Source of the DNA: Adineta vaga
Lineage: Eukaryota > Animalia > Rotifera
Length of the DNA: 64,000 nt
Direction: 5' to 3'
Assembly: GCA_021613535.1 (NCBI GenBank)
Contig: CP075497.1
Coordinates: 372,001 to 436,000 of the forward strand
Below the pieces are notes generated by a model. It was given only the letters and a program-made list of their open reading frames with translations. It was not told the origin of the DNA and made no database searches. Shown one piece after another: positions 1 through 12,188 of this stretch. Both the position numbers and the translations under genes were made by a program. The stretch's first letter is position 1; every line of letters begins with the position of its first letter.

Positions 1-501
1 TATCTTTCATAAGAAACTCAAATAAAAATACAGGCAGCTAAAATTCACTATAATTATGTATTATATGTTTAGTTCATACAAAGAAAACATTTATGTATAT
101 ATATGAAAGAATTTATGTACGCATATTTTTTCAACTATAAACTTGTTCTATGCAATATTACTCTACATGTTTTAGTAAGATAGTTTTTCTCGCAGATATC
201 AAGAGCAATGATAAATAAATTCGGGGTTAAATAATATGTCTTAAACAAAAACAGATAACTTTCATTGGAACTCGAATGAAAATCAAACAACTAAATAAAT
301 ATTAATCAATAAAAATAAATCTGAATATATATATACTATTAGCAGAGATAATCATTGAATATAATTATATCAGTAAATATTTATAGTTTGTTCTGACCTT
401 TCCAAGACTCAGAATTTATCTTTTTTTCTCGTAGTACAGTGAAACTCAATTGGTCTTCCCGTTATGTAGTTTTACATTTTATTGTTTTATTTCACCTATC
501 T

Positions 502-780
502 CCCAGGACGATGGTTCCTAGAAGCAGGATTCCGCTTATTTCCGGTGCAAACCTGCAGGATATCTATGTTTTCCGCGTTGGATTACTATGGGAAAGTGTG
601 TGGAATCCTCTTGAGGGAACCGGTGATCGTATCCGACAATCGGTTATGGCAGGTTCTTGTCGGTTCCCAACAAAACCGGATAAATCCGACGACAGGATTT
701 GGTCGCCGGAATACTGCTTTCATGAAATCTACGGAAGGTCCTGGAACTGGACGGTTCTGGACCGGATTGTTTGACCTGGG
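502..780. mobile_element. Non-autonomous DNA transposon (MITE), CCCAGG...CCTGGG termini
   Basis: Terminal inverted CCCAGG/CCTGGG, 2-bp CT on both sides, GC-richer than flanks; similar termini at about 50416-50706 and about 8940. Confidence 0.7.
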
Positions 781-1005
781 CTTTTCAATAATCACTACAT
801 CATTAGAAAGCGCATAGCTTGCTGCATTTTATGGTATATTAATTAAGAATAACAAAGAAAATCAAAAGATAAAAAATTGTATCACAAAAAAAGATGGTAT
901 TTTTTCTATCGATGTAAACATTTTCTTCGAATACTAGAGTACAAGGGAAAATTTAACAAATGAAATAATAGTGTATGATATCATGCAGATTTCTACATGT
1001 AATAC

Positions 1006-1761
1006 TAGGCCTGCCATCTGTACTATAATTGGGGATACAGTACCTCATTGCGACCCCAGGTATCCTCACAAAAACTTGTACCCTTGAGGTACGCATTTTG
1101 TATCCCATTTCGACCCTTTTCACTTTAAACCACTTATGAGTTCTCTTTTAACAGAATTTAGAAAAAGTACTTTTTCTGAGCAGATTTAGAACAGTGCATA
1201 AGTTCACGAACAGTTTCTGAGCGAGTTTTCGTTCAAGAAAATGATCTGAATCCTGGAAAGTTTATTAACTTTACCATATGACACCATTCTGTATAAAAAT
1301 CGGCTGAGAACGACAAAAATTTGATAAGTTTCAGATCACTACATAAACTACGCCAGCTCTCGTGTGAAATTGTTCCACCATATCTACAAATCTCGGCTAC
1401 CTTGAATTCTATAGCGTATAAAAAGAATTGGGCTACTTAGTCTCCATAACCCATATCGTTTTTAACAATATTTGCATTTTATTTATTGAAGAAATCTATT
1501 TCGAAAACCGTTTTACTTCTGAACTAGTAATTTGCGAAAGGAGAACAGTGTAGATCATTTTTGTATAACGAAAGGCAAATATGAAATTTTACATCAAAAG
1601 AGACGATTTTTGCAATAATATTCTACAGTATCGGCTTTGATTTTGAAAAAAAATCTATGTACCCAACCGATGTACCTCATTTGAAAACAACTTGTACCTC
1701 ACATATACTCCATCGTAAATTTTTCGTACCCTATTCCGGACCTCATGAGATGGCAGCCCTG
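1006..1761. mobile_element. hAT-type non-autonomous element
   Basis: TIRs TAGGCCTGCCATCT / AGATGGCAGCCCTG; perfect 8-bp TSD TGTAATAC at 998-1005 and 1762-1769. Confidence 0.9.
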
Positions 1762-1996
1762 TGTAATACGCAACTTTTATTAGTTTGTAATGATAACTCC
1801 CGATGTTACCGATGTTCAACTGTGCAAAATGCCAATTACTCTCATTTGACAAAACGCGTAAAGAAACACACCATTATACTATCGACCAAAACTTAGATGA
1901 TAAATACAATTTTGTCAGAAAACTCTCGAGATATATATCTCTATATGTAACTCAAAAGACCATACATGCATTATTATTTGTTAAATAATCAACTAA

Positions 1997-3267
1997 CTAT
2001 CTGAATATCTTACCCTTTTCTAATATTAATGGTTGTTTTTTTCTTCTTATAAATGTCACCACTCTTGGTATAACCAATCGCCAAATAGTTATTAATCCAC
2101 CCGCAAGTCCAATTAATGATGTAATAGTATAAATAATATTATTCCTTGTTTTATGAATATAACTACATTCTTTTGGTTGACATTCATTATAATATTTTTC
2201 ATATTTTATCGAAATATTCCATTCTTCAACCATTAACCGATCGAGAAGTTGTTGAAGTGTTGAATTTATTGAATAATTACTTGATAATGATGCATCAAGT
2301 GATGTCATATTCATTGATGTTGATGATGGTGATATAAAATAGGATTGTAATTGATTTAAACAATTTTGATTATAAAAACATTGAAGATTTGATTGTAGAA
2401 GAGCTTCGATATTAAAACATCCTCGAAACATACCAGGTACTTGATACACGGGTCTAGTATCAGGATAATTATAAATAAAATATGACGAAACACATGTTGC
2501 TTTGAAATCACAAGCGCAATCAGAGTAGATATACGCATTTCCGTATAATTTATCATCATTATCATATAAAGTCAGTCGATAATTTGTTAGTAATGCAGAA
2601 TATAAACCATTACTTTGAGTTGTACTCCGGATCGTATCAAGTGAAAGTATAAAAGTATTTGTTATTGATGATTTAAATTGATCAATGAATACTTTAATTT
2701 GTGATTCAAATAAATCTAATGATGTCACTGTTGTACTAACATATTGATTCAAAGAAAATGTTAGCAAATTATCAGAAATTGTTTTATTCACTAATTGACA
2801 AAATCTACTCAATGCTTGAAATAGATATGTACCTGAGTATCGAAAGTCCGCAGTGTATGCCAGACCAGTGCCATATGATTTAGCGAGATATTGAATCCAT
2901 TGTTGAGTAACATAAATACTTGTACATACTTGATGTAATGTATAATCAATACGAAGAAATGTTTCATAATTAGTTAATATATTTTTACATGGACATGAAA
3001 GTGTTTGTGAATATAATGAATAATGTTGTAAATATTGATCATATGTTGGGTTTGGAATAGTTGATGTTTGTGAAATTGTAATCAATGAATTATATAAGAA
3101 TAGAATAAATAATGAACTCATGAGAAAGAAAATAAATAATCTTGTTGATATGCGTTGATTTCGAAGTTCATGTTCATTTGTCGAAGGTGGTATCGATTCA
3201 AATAAATTTAATGTTATGGTATATTGTTTTAGTTTTTGAATTAGAGTGTGATTAGATTCATTGACAA
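1997..3267 (-). CDS. Orphan 2-TM protein module with large Cys-rich ectodomain (copy A); exon 5' end interrupted by a transposon
   Basis: ORF 1997..3457: TM1 (STRLFIFFLMSSLFILFLY), CPC, CQPKECSY, TM2 (ITSLIGLAGGL). The ORF's first ~60 aa lie inside the 3268-5332 element. Removing the element rejoins the exon in phase to an acceptor near 5340. Confidence 0.75.
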
Positions 3268-5332
3268 CACTGTCTAAAATAGAGATATCGTCAGATAATG
3301 AATAGGAAGTGGCCATGTGCACCCAGGGTGCACATAGCCACTCTGTAACAAATTGGTATTTTACCGAACCTGAAAGGTTCGTCTGTTGGCAACAAAAACT
3401 ATCTGAAAGTTGTCTATACGGTTCAAGAAACCATTGATAGTTCTGTAACATGTCCACAGAACCATCAGCGGTTTTGAGTTTCGTATAACATACACGAATC
3501 TTTAGAAGTTTCGCAAATTGACTAGAAGTTCAGCGTGTTCACTACTGAACTCGTCATGGCTCTGTATATATCATAATGTACCAAAGACAGATGATTCACC
3601 TTTCAAAAGGTTCAGTATAGTTAATACGAAACGTTTTATCACCCGACTGCGTTTATGGCGATTCGGCTCATGTACAAAGAATGATTCATAGTTTCGTATA
3701 AATCCACAAAGGTAAAGTACAACTTATACAGAACGATTAGTAGTTCAGTAGGAACAACCAAGGTTTCACACACATAATACCGAACATTCTTCGGTTTCGT
3801 GAAGCTAGTATTGGTTTTGTACGTTTTATACTGAACCTGAGCTAGGTCTGCCAGTTTCAAAACGGATTCTTACTTCTCGCACAAAACCTTTTAGAATTCA
3901 GTAATTCGTCCAAAGGTTTCGTTTTCATTACACAGAATGATATTTAGTTTCGTATACTTGAAAATGGTTCGGTATAGCTCCTGCGGAACTATCAATAGCT
4001 TCGTCATGTGAGTTAGAGTTGTGCAGATTTATTACGAAAGAGCCCAAGATTTCGTAATCTCACTCATCATTTGGTAAAATTTATACAAAATTATTAAGGG
4101 TTCAGTGCAGTTTCAGCGGAACTACCAATTGCTTCGTATAATAACCTAAGGTTCGGTAGGATTTATTAAAAAACTGTCAAGGTATCCGTGTAGAGAGTAA
4201 AGATTTGGCAGAGGTTCTTCGAAAATATCAATGATTCCGTACACTCACTCATGGTTTAGTAAAATTTCTACTAAACTGCCACTGGTTTCATATCATCGTC
4301 CAGTGTTTGGTAGAGTTTTTGCCAAACTGTCGCTAGCTTTGTACATTGGCCAAAGGTTTGAAAAATTCTACACTATACTATGTTGAGTTCTGTATGCTTG
4401 TTACTGTTTCAGTATAGCTTTTAAGAAGTGATTGACAGTTTCGTAGAATGAATAGAGGCTTGCGAGAATTTTCACCAAACTATCAATTCTTTCATGCGAC
4501 GATTCAAGGTTCTATAGGATATATTCAAATATATGAATATATTCCTATACTTTAAAGTGGTTCGGTATAAGTTATACGAAACGATCAATGGCATCATAAA
4601 GATTGTTATAGTTCAGCGAACTTTCTACCAAACCATTGACACTTGTCACTAGTTCATTTAACAGACGAAGAGGACTCAGTGAAAGATATGTCTATTTATA
4701 TCGGCGGACGACCACTTATCAATAGATCGTCAGGTGAGACCCTATAGATATATATGAATTTCTCATCTGATATTCATTTCTTATATTTTTCACTAGTCTG
4801 TTACTAATGTCTGTACATATCGACCGACGTTCAGTTTACAATAGACCGACATAGAATTAGGTAAGTCGTAATATGTGATAAACTACATCTTATCTTCTTT
4901 CCTGTTTAGAATCAATGTCAATGAATTTAGTAGAATGGCCAACACTCACCCTTAACAGTATTTGTGAGAGTGTGAGGGGACTTTCGAAACAAATCTTCGA
5001 AGGATGTGTTCTGAAATAGCGCAATACGGAGCCTGTAAGATGTTGATTAAAAGAGAGTGTTTTACTGAACCAAAAGGAAGATAAATGTAGAGAAGGTTTC
5101 GTAGCTATAGATTATTAGGAAACCTTTTATAAGATAGACTCAGAAGGTTTTGTACGGTACCTATGGTACGGAACTTTCATTCCTTGCAGAAAAAAAAGTT
5201 TTGTACTAAACCTTTACTACGAAACCTCTGTTCTAAAATGTTCCAGTAAGGTTCTATGTGGAACATATTTACTAATAAAACAAAAAAATGATCATCCCGT
5301 GCATCGGCGGGAAGATACTTTTTTTTACAGTG
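3268..5332. mobile_element. Non-autonomous CACTG-ended DNA transposon (CMC/CACTA-like) with internal degenerate tandem repeats
   Basis: Ends CACTGTCTAAAAT / TTTTTTTACAGTG; no long ORF; no clean TSD. Confidence 0.65.
3590..4640. repeat. Degenerate ~51-52 bp tandem array inside the transposon
   Basis: GGTTCRGTA-like anchors at about 4099, 4150, 4202, 4253, 4305, 4354. Confidence 0.65.
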
Positions 5333-6374
5333 CACTTCCTAATAAATATCGGTTGTGAAAACGAGCAAGATAATCTTTGAGCAGTTGTTCTTTGTCTACC
5401 ACTAGTGAATGAACCGAGTGTTGATTAGAAAACATCCTCATAAAAACTGCGCATAGTGGAAAACGGCAGAAAGAGTAGACAGATATGACCTTGGAAGCGA
5501 TACTGTTAGTGTCATTAGTTGTTGCTTCATAAAACTAACTTCTATATATGTGTTTTCTTTCCTTCCTATATATATATATATATATATATATGTTTCTTCT
5601 CATTACGATCTTTTGTTGTTACGCCTCTTCTTTTCTATTACATCGTTCTATTTTCTTTTCTTCTATTTTTTTCAGATAATATCTTTGATCTGTATTTATG
5701 TTCTTGTTTTCTATCTTTTCCACCAGTCTAGTGTTATTTTATCGTGTGTTTTATTCGATTTCATCCAATAAAACACATATTTCCATCAACTATTACTATT
5801 TTCTTCATTTACATTCATCTTCAGTCAGTATTTACTGTCCGTTTCAGGTAGGACTTTTGACGTGAGTCTCGCCATATATATCAGATTGATCTCTCGATCA
5901 TCTATTCAGATTACGGTTCATTCGATAGCCGTAGTTGTCATCATCCCCTCGTATTAGAGACTTACAGATACATCTCTTCTAGACACATACTCCGCCGTGC
6001 ATATAAGAAATCGATCACTCCAGATATCCATCTTTCTAAAGCCTGTCCCTCTGTGTACATATCGCTGAAATCGATTTTCAATACCAACCTCACTCTGTCT
6101 TATAACAGCGTCTATACTCTAAAGTAAGAATTGTGCTTATCTCTCTACAGCTATATCTATTTTTCTGTTTCTTGGTACGATTCAGAAATGCACATAGTTC
6201 GAATTTCTCAAAGATTAAATCTGCGTCAGAACCGAGATTTCCTCTTTAGATTCGGAACGAGCCATATATGTTAAGAGAGTCTCTATCAATAAGACACAAG
6301 ATATATTGATGTTATTTGTAGTTCATTCGTATAAACAATTCCTTTCATGAGAAGTATATTAATCGAAGTAATGA

Positions 6375-6444
6375 TGGATGTGAAGGTGAGGGGTGAGGAT
6401 GTGGGTCTACATCTATCCAACAAACACACACCCTCAAGATGGTT
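6375..6444. repeat. Telomere-like palindromic linker S1 (spacer family B)
   Basis: GGTGAGGGGTGAGGATGTGGGT-CTACATCTATCCAAC-AAACACACACCCTCAAGATGG. Confidence 0.85.
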
Positions 6445-6928
6445 GCCCTATTTATCGCATATACATATACATATATATTGCGGGATATGTTATGGTAATG
6501 TATCTAAATTTTTAAGTGCATCCGTCTCGGCATCTCCTGTCGTTGTTCTGACGCATGAAGTTTTCGGCTCGGAAGGTTCTGAATCAGCGTTGGCTACCTC
6601 CGCTTGTACTTTATATTTGATGACCTAAAGAAATTATTCTCTATTATTCTTTTCAAACAAATAAGAATCAGAGTTTATAAAAAAAGTCAGTGAATCAATC
6701 AGTTATAACTGTCTCTTTATTCCTATATAATTTATGTCGATGCTTCTCTATCAGTGAATCTCACAAGAAAAATCTTAACGAATTAGTTAATTCTATTACC
6801 TTCTTCAGTAATTATTGATTCTCAATCTACAAACACGCCGGGTTAGTTCTCTACTACATATTGTGTAGTCATTCTATAAATTGTTAAGTCATCATGTGCT
6901 TCTCCCACATCTAGCTTATTATTATCTT

Positions 6929-8135
6929 CTAAAATGTCTTACCGTTTTCTAATTTTAATGGTTGTTTTTTTCTTCTTATAAATGTCACCACTCTTGGTAT
7001 AACCAATCGCCAAATAGTTATTAATCCACCCGCAAGTCCAATTAATGATGTAATAATATAAATAATATTATTCCTTGTTTCATTAATATAACTACATTCT
7101 TTTGGCTGACATTCATTATAATATTTTTCATATTTTATCGAAATATTCCATTCTTCAACCATTAACCGATCAAGAAGTTGTTGAATTGTTGAATTTATTG
7201 AATAATTACTTGATAATGATGCATCAAGTGATGTCATATTCATTGATGTTGATGATGGTGATATAAAATAGGATTGTAATTGAGTTAAACAGTTTTGATT
7301 ATAAAAACATTGAAGATTTGATTGAAGAAGAGCTTCGACAATAAAACATCCTCGAAACATACCAGGAACATTATATATGGGCGTATTGTCCGGATAATTA
7401 AACATTGAATATGGTCTAAGACATTTTGCTGAAGCACCGCAGCTGCAATTGGAATATGTATACGAGCCAGTTCTCACAATATTGGAATCATATGGTATTA
7501 CAAGTTGATAATTTGTTACTAATGCGGAATATAAACCATTACTTTGAGTTGTACTCCGGATCGTATCAAGTGAAAGAATAAAAGTATTTGTTATTGATGA
7601 TTTAAATTGATCAATGGATACTTTAATTTGTGATTCAAATAAATCTAATGATGTTACTGTTGTACTAACGTATTGATTCAAAAAAAATGTTAGCAAATTA
7701 TCAGAAATTGTTTTATTCACTAATTGACAAAATCCACTCAATGCTTGAAACGTATTTGCGCCTGACCATCGAAAGTCTGATGAAAAGAACTCGCCAGATT
7801 GAAAATAATTAGAAATATACTGAATCCATTGTTGAGTAACATAAATACTTGTACATACTTGATGTAATGTATAATCAATATGAAGAAATGTTTCATAATT
7901 AGTTAATATATTTTTACATGGACATAAAAGTGTTTGTGAATATAATGAATAATGTTGTAAATATTGATCATATGTTGGGTTTGGAATAGTTGATGTTTGT
8001 GAAATTGTAATCAATGAATTATATAAGAATAGAATAAATAATGAACTCATGAGAAAGAAAATAAATAATCTTGTTGATATGCGTTGATTACGAAGTTCAT
8101 GTTCATTTGTCGAAGGTGGTATAGATTCGAAAAAA
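6929..8135 (-). CDS. Orphan 2-TM Cys-rich module (copy B), close paralog of 1997-3267
   Basis: ORF 6929..8203 nearly identical to copy A outside two blocks; similarity stops near 8135, upstream of which the sequence looks like a TE end; donor GTAAG after ENG. Confidence 0.75.
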
Positions 8136-8511
8136 TTGAGAGCTCTGGCGAATTGCGAAAATTTTCCGCAAATTTCTCGAATTAACCGAACAATGGTGGC
8201 CATACTAAATGCATGAAAATATTACAATTACGTTAAATAAAACATACTGGAACGGTTTCATATATTATTGACAAATTTTGAGAAACGTAAATGACATCGA
8301 TATGTGAATGTTACGAGAACTCATCGTACACAGTAGATATGTAGGTAGGAATTATAAGACTTAAAAATTATTTTCTCGACTAGAAATGCGTACGACGACA
8401 CTACTGTTATTGGCGGCAGAGTAGTGGAGCAGTACGTCGTGTTCTGAGAGTAATAGACATCAATGTGTAGGAATGTATCAATACCAATACTATTGGTATT
8501 GGTACTGGCAC

Positions 8512-8664
8512 ACTCTAAAAAAAAGGTAATGTGACCGAATCCATCAAAAGGGTTTCGAAGATTTCAACAGCTTCAGAATGCGCCGACAAATCGAAAGAAA
8601 TGGTTTTCAAAATATACGACACGCTTTTGATGGGTTCGGTCACATTACCTTTTTTATTTAGAGT
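8512..8664. mobile_element. Small nested foldback MITE
   Basis: ~40-bp inverted ends ACTCTAAAAAAAAGGTAATGTGACCGAATCCATCAAAAG / CTTTTGATGGGTTCGGTCACATTACCTTTTTTATTTAGAGT. Confidence 0.8.
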
Positions 8665-8683
8665 AATTTTGATGCTGGTATTG

Positions 8684-8746
8684 GCTGTGAGTGAGGATGG
8701 GTGTACATGAGGCTATGCTCTTAACACATACCCGCACTCACACGCA
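8684..8746. repeat. Telomere-like palindromic linker S2 (spacer family C)
   Basis: TGTGAGTGAGGATGGGTG-TACATGAGGCTATGCTCTTAA-CACATACCCGCACTCACAC. Confidence 0.8.
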
Positions 8747-9522
8747 ATATCGGATTTCAAGGGTTCCGACAGATGGATCCGATAGTGAACTAAAGCCATC
8801 ACAGAATATAACTAAAAACACTGCTAATAAAATTTGAAGCAAGTGGCTGACTTTTTGTCGTTGGAAGCCAATGTAAATCCGACACCAGGAACCCTATAGG
8901 ATTATGTAGGATGATTGGATCCGTTGTCGGATTTGTCAACCTGAGTACCGATACCAGCACTAATACTAATACCAATACTCCAATACCGTATTGGTATTGT
9001 TACATCCCTACCAATGTGATTAAGAGCTTTTGAGCAAATAATCTCACTTACAGGACCAAAAAATCGTAAGATTCGGACAAAAAATGCTCTTAAGCATATT
9101 GTTAATAGAATGTTTCATGGACATATTTTTTCGCACCCAAAATCGAATCAGACGGGGTATCGATGATATGCTTTTCAAACAACATAAAAAAGCGGGAAAA
9201 CTACATTTCGTCCCACTTTTCCATTTCGAACAACAAATAGTGAAGGTGTTCGGAACACACTTCATCATGAAAAACAGGATGTTCAGAAAGGGTGAGACAA
9301 AACGTAGTTCAACTAAAGACCCTTTCGCTTGTGGTTGGTGATGCTAAGTTTGATAACTCTATAAAGATAGTGGTATCTTTCTTCTAGTTAACGATCACCA
9401 GATCGGATCCTAGTTCATACTCGGTATCCGGTCGGTTTTCAAGACTTTAACTGTTTATCATGGAAGTAAATTTGAAATTCTGTCGACAAAACACTTTGAT
9501 AAAAAGTCCTTTCGAATCTCGG

Positions 9523-9588
9523 TCTTGAGGGTGTGGGTGATGGTGTGGGTGAGGCTTATGAGTGAAGTCTAACCCACACCCACACCCT
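9523..9588. repeat. Telomere-like palindromic linker S3 (spacer family A)
   Basis: TCTTGAGGGTGTGGGTGATGGTGTGGGT-GAGGCTTATGAGTGAAGTCTAA-CCCACACCCACACCC. Confidence 0.9.
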
Positions 9589-11961
9589 TTCAAAACTTAA
9601 TCAAGGAAATGTCGCGTTACGTGGACAAGCCGTAATGAAAACATGATTTAAGTGGGATGTAAAGAAGAGCACTGAGATTATAAGTTGCATAAAGATACTA
9701 TAGTGATGAATCAAGCGGCTAACTGTACTCAGTTCGAGGGTATTCGTAGCATCTTACTAATTTGATTGCGTCACTGAAGTATCTAAGCTACTACAATACT
9801 GTGAAGGTTGTTAACTATGCTGATACTACGGAACGTAATTAGGTGATTAACTGAAAAGTTGCATTCCGACTTTATACTGTAGGAGAATATAGCAAAGAAC
9901 TATGAATGATAATATATTATATACTCTGATTTCTTATTTGTGAAAGGTTTAAATCCAATAAATATTCACTTATTGAAACTTGTATAATACCAGATCAGAA
10001 ATAGTTATATGGATTTTTCGAAACGTTGTGATGGTAAGGAATAACTGTTATAGTAAGTTGAATATAAATATAATGTTTCTTGATGAGTTTTTTATTATAA
10101 AATAAAATGAATTTGCTACATAAAAACTAGTTGAGAGAAAATTCAAATATTAATGAATAATACTGCGTTTTTTTTCTACAAAGTTAGAATATGATAGATA
10201 TGGAGAAAAAAAATGTATTGAAATATTTCAACGAGAGAAAGACAATTATCTCAAGAAAAAGAACAATATTCATTGACATGAAATGAAATACTTTTTCTTT
10301 ATGTTATATTGTCAATAGTTTTAAATAGTTTGTATTTTCAACATATGACTGTAGCATATTAGATCATAAGATGGTTTTGTGCAGTCAGAATAATCTATTG
10401 AAAATAGAAAGATAAAACTAAAGAAGATATATTCATTTTAAATAAATATACAACAATACAAAATAGTTTTTTATGAAAATAATTGTAAAAAAAATAAGAA
10501 AAATACTTGTTTGCGATAATAGTTATTATCATATGTTAAAATATTAGTTTTATGGTAAAATCCTTGGACTTTTTCATTTTAGTATGTCACAATAAACGTT
10601 TCTCTAGGTATTTATATACTTTAAAAATAAGTCAAATAATAATTATCTGTTAAGTTCAATAAATAATTTTGGATTTTCAATTATTTCTACATTGTTAATA
10701 TGAAATTACTTTTTTTTTCAATTTATTCAGGAAGTATTTAAATAACTAATTAATTCAATTTTGATTCATTTTTTTATTTTCAAATCATTCATACTTTCTT
10801 TTGTTCTATTTATTATTAAAATAGAGTCATCATGCCCAATGAAATACAATGAAGTGCAAAAACAAAATTATCGTTTTACCAGTATTTTGTACGTTCTTTG
10901 AACTATTATTCTATGGAGTTATTTATAAATTTTAGATTCTACCTTTTCAGATTGATATTGCTTGAAAATTTTGATACCGTTTCGTAAAAATAGTTCATAT
11001 TTCAACCATCAATTTCACATGACTGACCTAATAAATCATATTACATTATTGAAGTAATGATTATATATGGAAGAATTTTAAAGCTGCAGTATACGAATGA
11101 TATTTACTTATATTAGTTATGAGAAAAACTTTTAGATTGAGAAGTGTAGCATCGGTGGTGTAGTGAAACTATTGATCTACTAACGATATTAATATCAAAT
11201 TAGCTGAATTCTACTCTCATAGATGATACAAATGAAAAACAACGAAGAGCAGAATGAATTGACAAGATTTTATCATAGAAAGTGTATTACAAAATGTCTT
11301 AATGTCTCATATTTGTATAAGAAGAACTCTGAAAAATTAATTAACAATAATTTTTTATATTCCTATTAATTTAATTTGTCATACTATTAACGTTCTGTTT
11401 ATTGGGAGCGATTCTCAAATTGATCAATCCAATGTTGGATTCAATAAGTGACGATCAGTATACTCCTATAAAAAAGAAACACTCATAAAATTTGCAACAA
11501 TTAACATTTTTTTCGACCGAAATCTGGTAAGATTTGTAAACCCTGAGTGTAGTAGAAAATATTTTTGAAATTTCTCGAATGGAGTATTTATTTGATTATT
11601 AGAAAGTATATTACTATTCTATCTAATTCAAAATATCTCTCTTTGTGATTAATCGTGTGATATCGAAGAATATGATGTAAGTTGTTTGGAAGAATCTCTG
11701 AGTTGTATTTCATGACAATCACGAATATATATAAATATTATGTTATAAATTATTTTTGAATATCCTATATACAATGCCAGTTTAAATAAAACATTTCGTC
11801 AAAGTTTCCATTTATTCAACGTAAATTTGTTTTTCTGAACGAAAAGTTCTCGTAAATTCCTCTTGTTAGATAAAAAGGAAATAAATTACTCAAAGTCATC
11901 ATCACGAAAAATATTCTCGATTTATTTATGGAAAGTTTGACAATTGGAATCTTTGTGAGAA

Positions 11962-12057
11962 GAGTGGGTGTGGGTTAGACTTTACTCATAAGCCTCATCC
12001 ACACCCTCAAGATTAACTATGGGTGAGGATCTCATTATCAATCATTCATACCCACAC
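11962..12057. repeat. Telomere-like palindromic linker S4 (family A, inverted) plus a second degenerate unit
   Basis: GTGGGTGTGGG-TTAGACTTTACTCATAAGCCTC-ATCCACACCCTCAAGA, then ATGGGTGAGGAT...CATACCCACAC. Confidence 0.9.
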
Positions 12058-12188
12058 TTTCGTTCAAATCTCTTGAATCTAATTAATCAGTTTGAATTTA
12101 AGATACAATCCACTTGAAAAGCATAAAGAGTTATGAATATTTCTACGACATATTTTTAAAAAATGACAATAAATTTCATCTTATTAAT

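Larger units (their letters stand above)
8468..9010. mobile_element. hAT-type MITE carrying nested insertions
   Basis: TIRs TAGGAATGTATCAATACCAATAC / GTATTGGTATTGTTACATCCCTA; 8-bp TSD TCAATGTG / CCAATGTG (7 of 8). Confidence 0.8.

Noticed and set aside
4939-4982. CACTCACCC...GTGTGAGGGG as another linker
   Set aside because: Arms are in the opposite order (C-rich first), degenerate, and lie inside a transposon.
5503-6340. Possible solo LTR
   Set aside because: Starts TGTTAG and has AATAAA, but no second LTR, PBS, TSD or coding remnant could be established.
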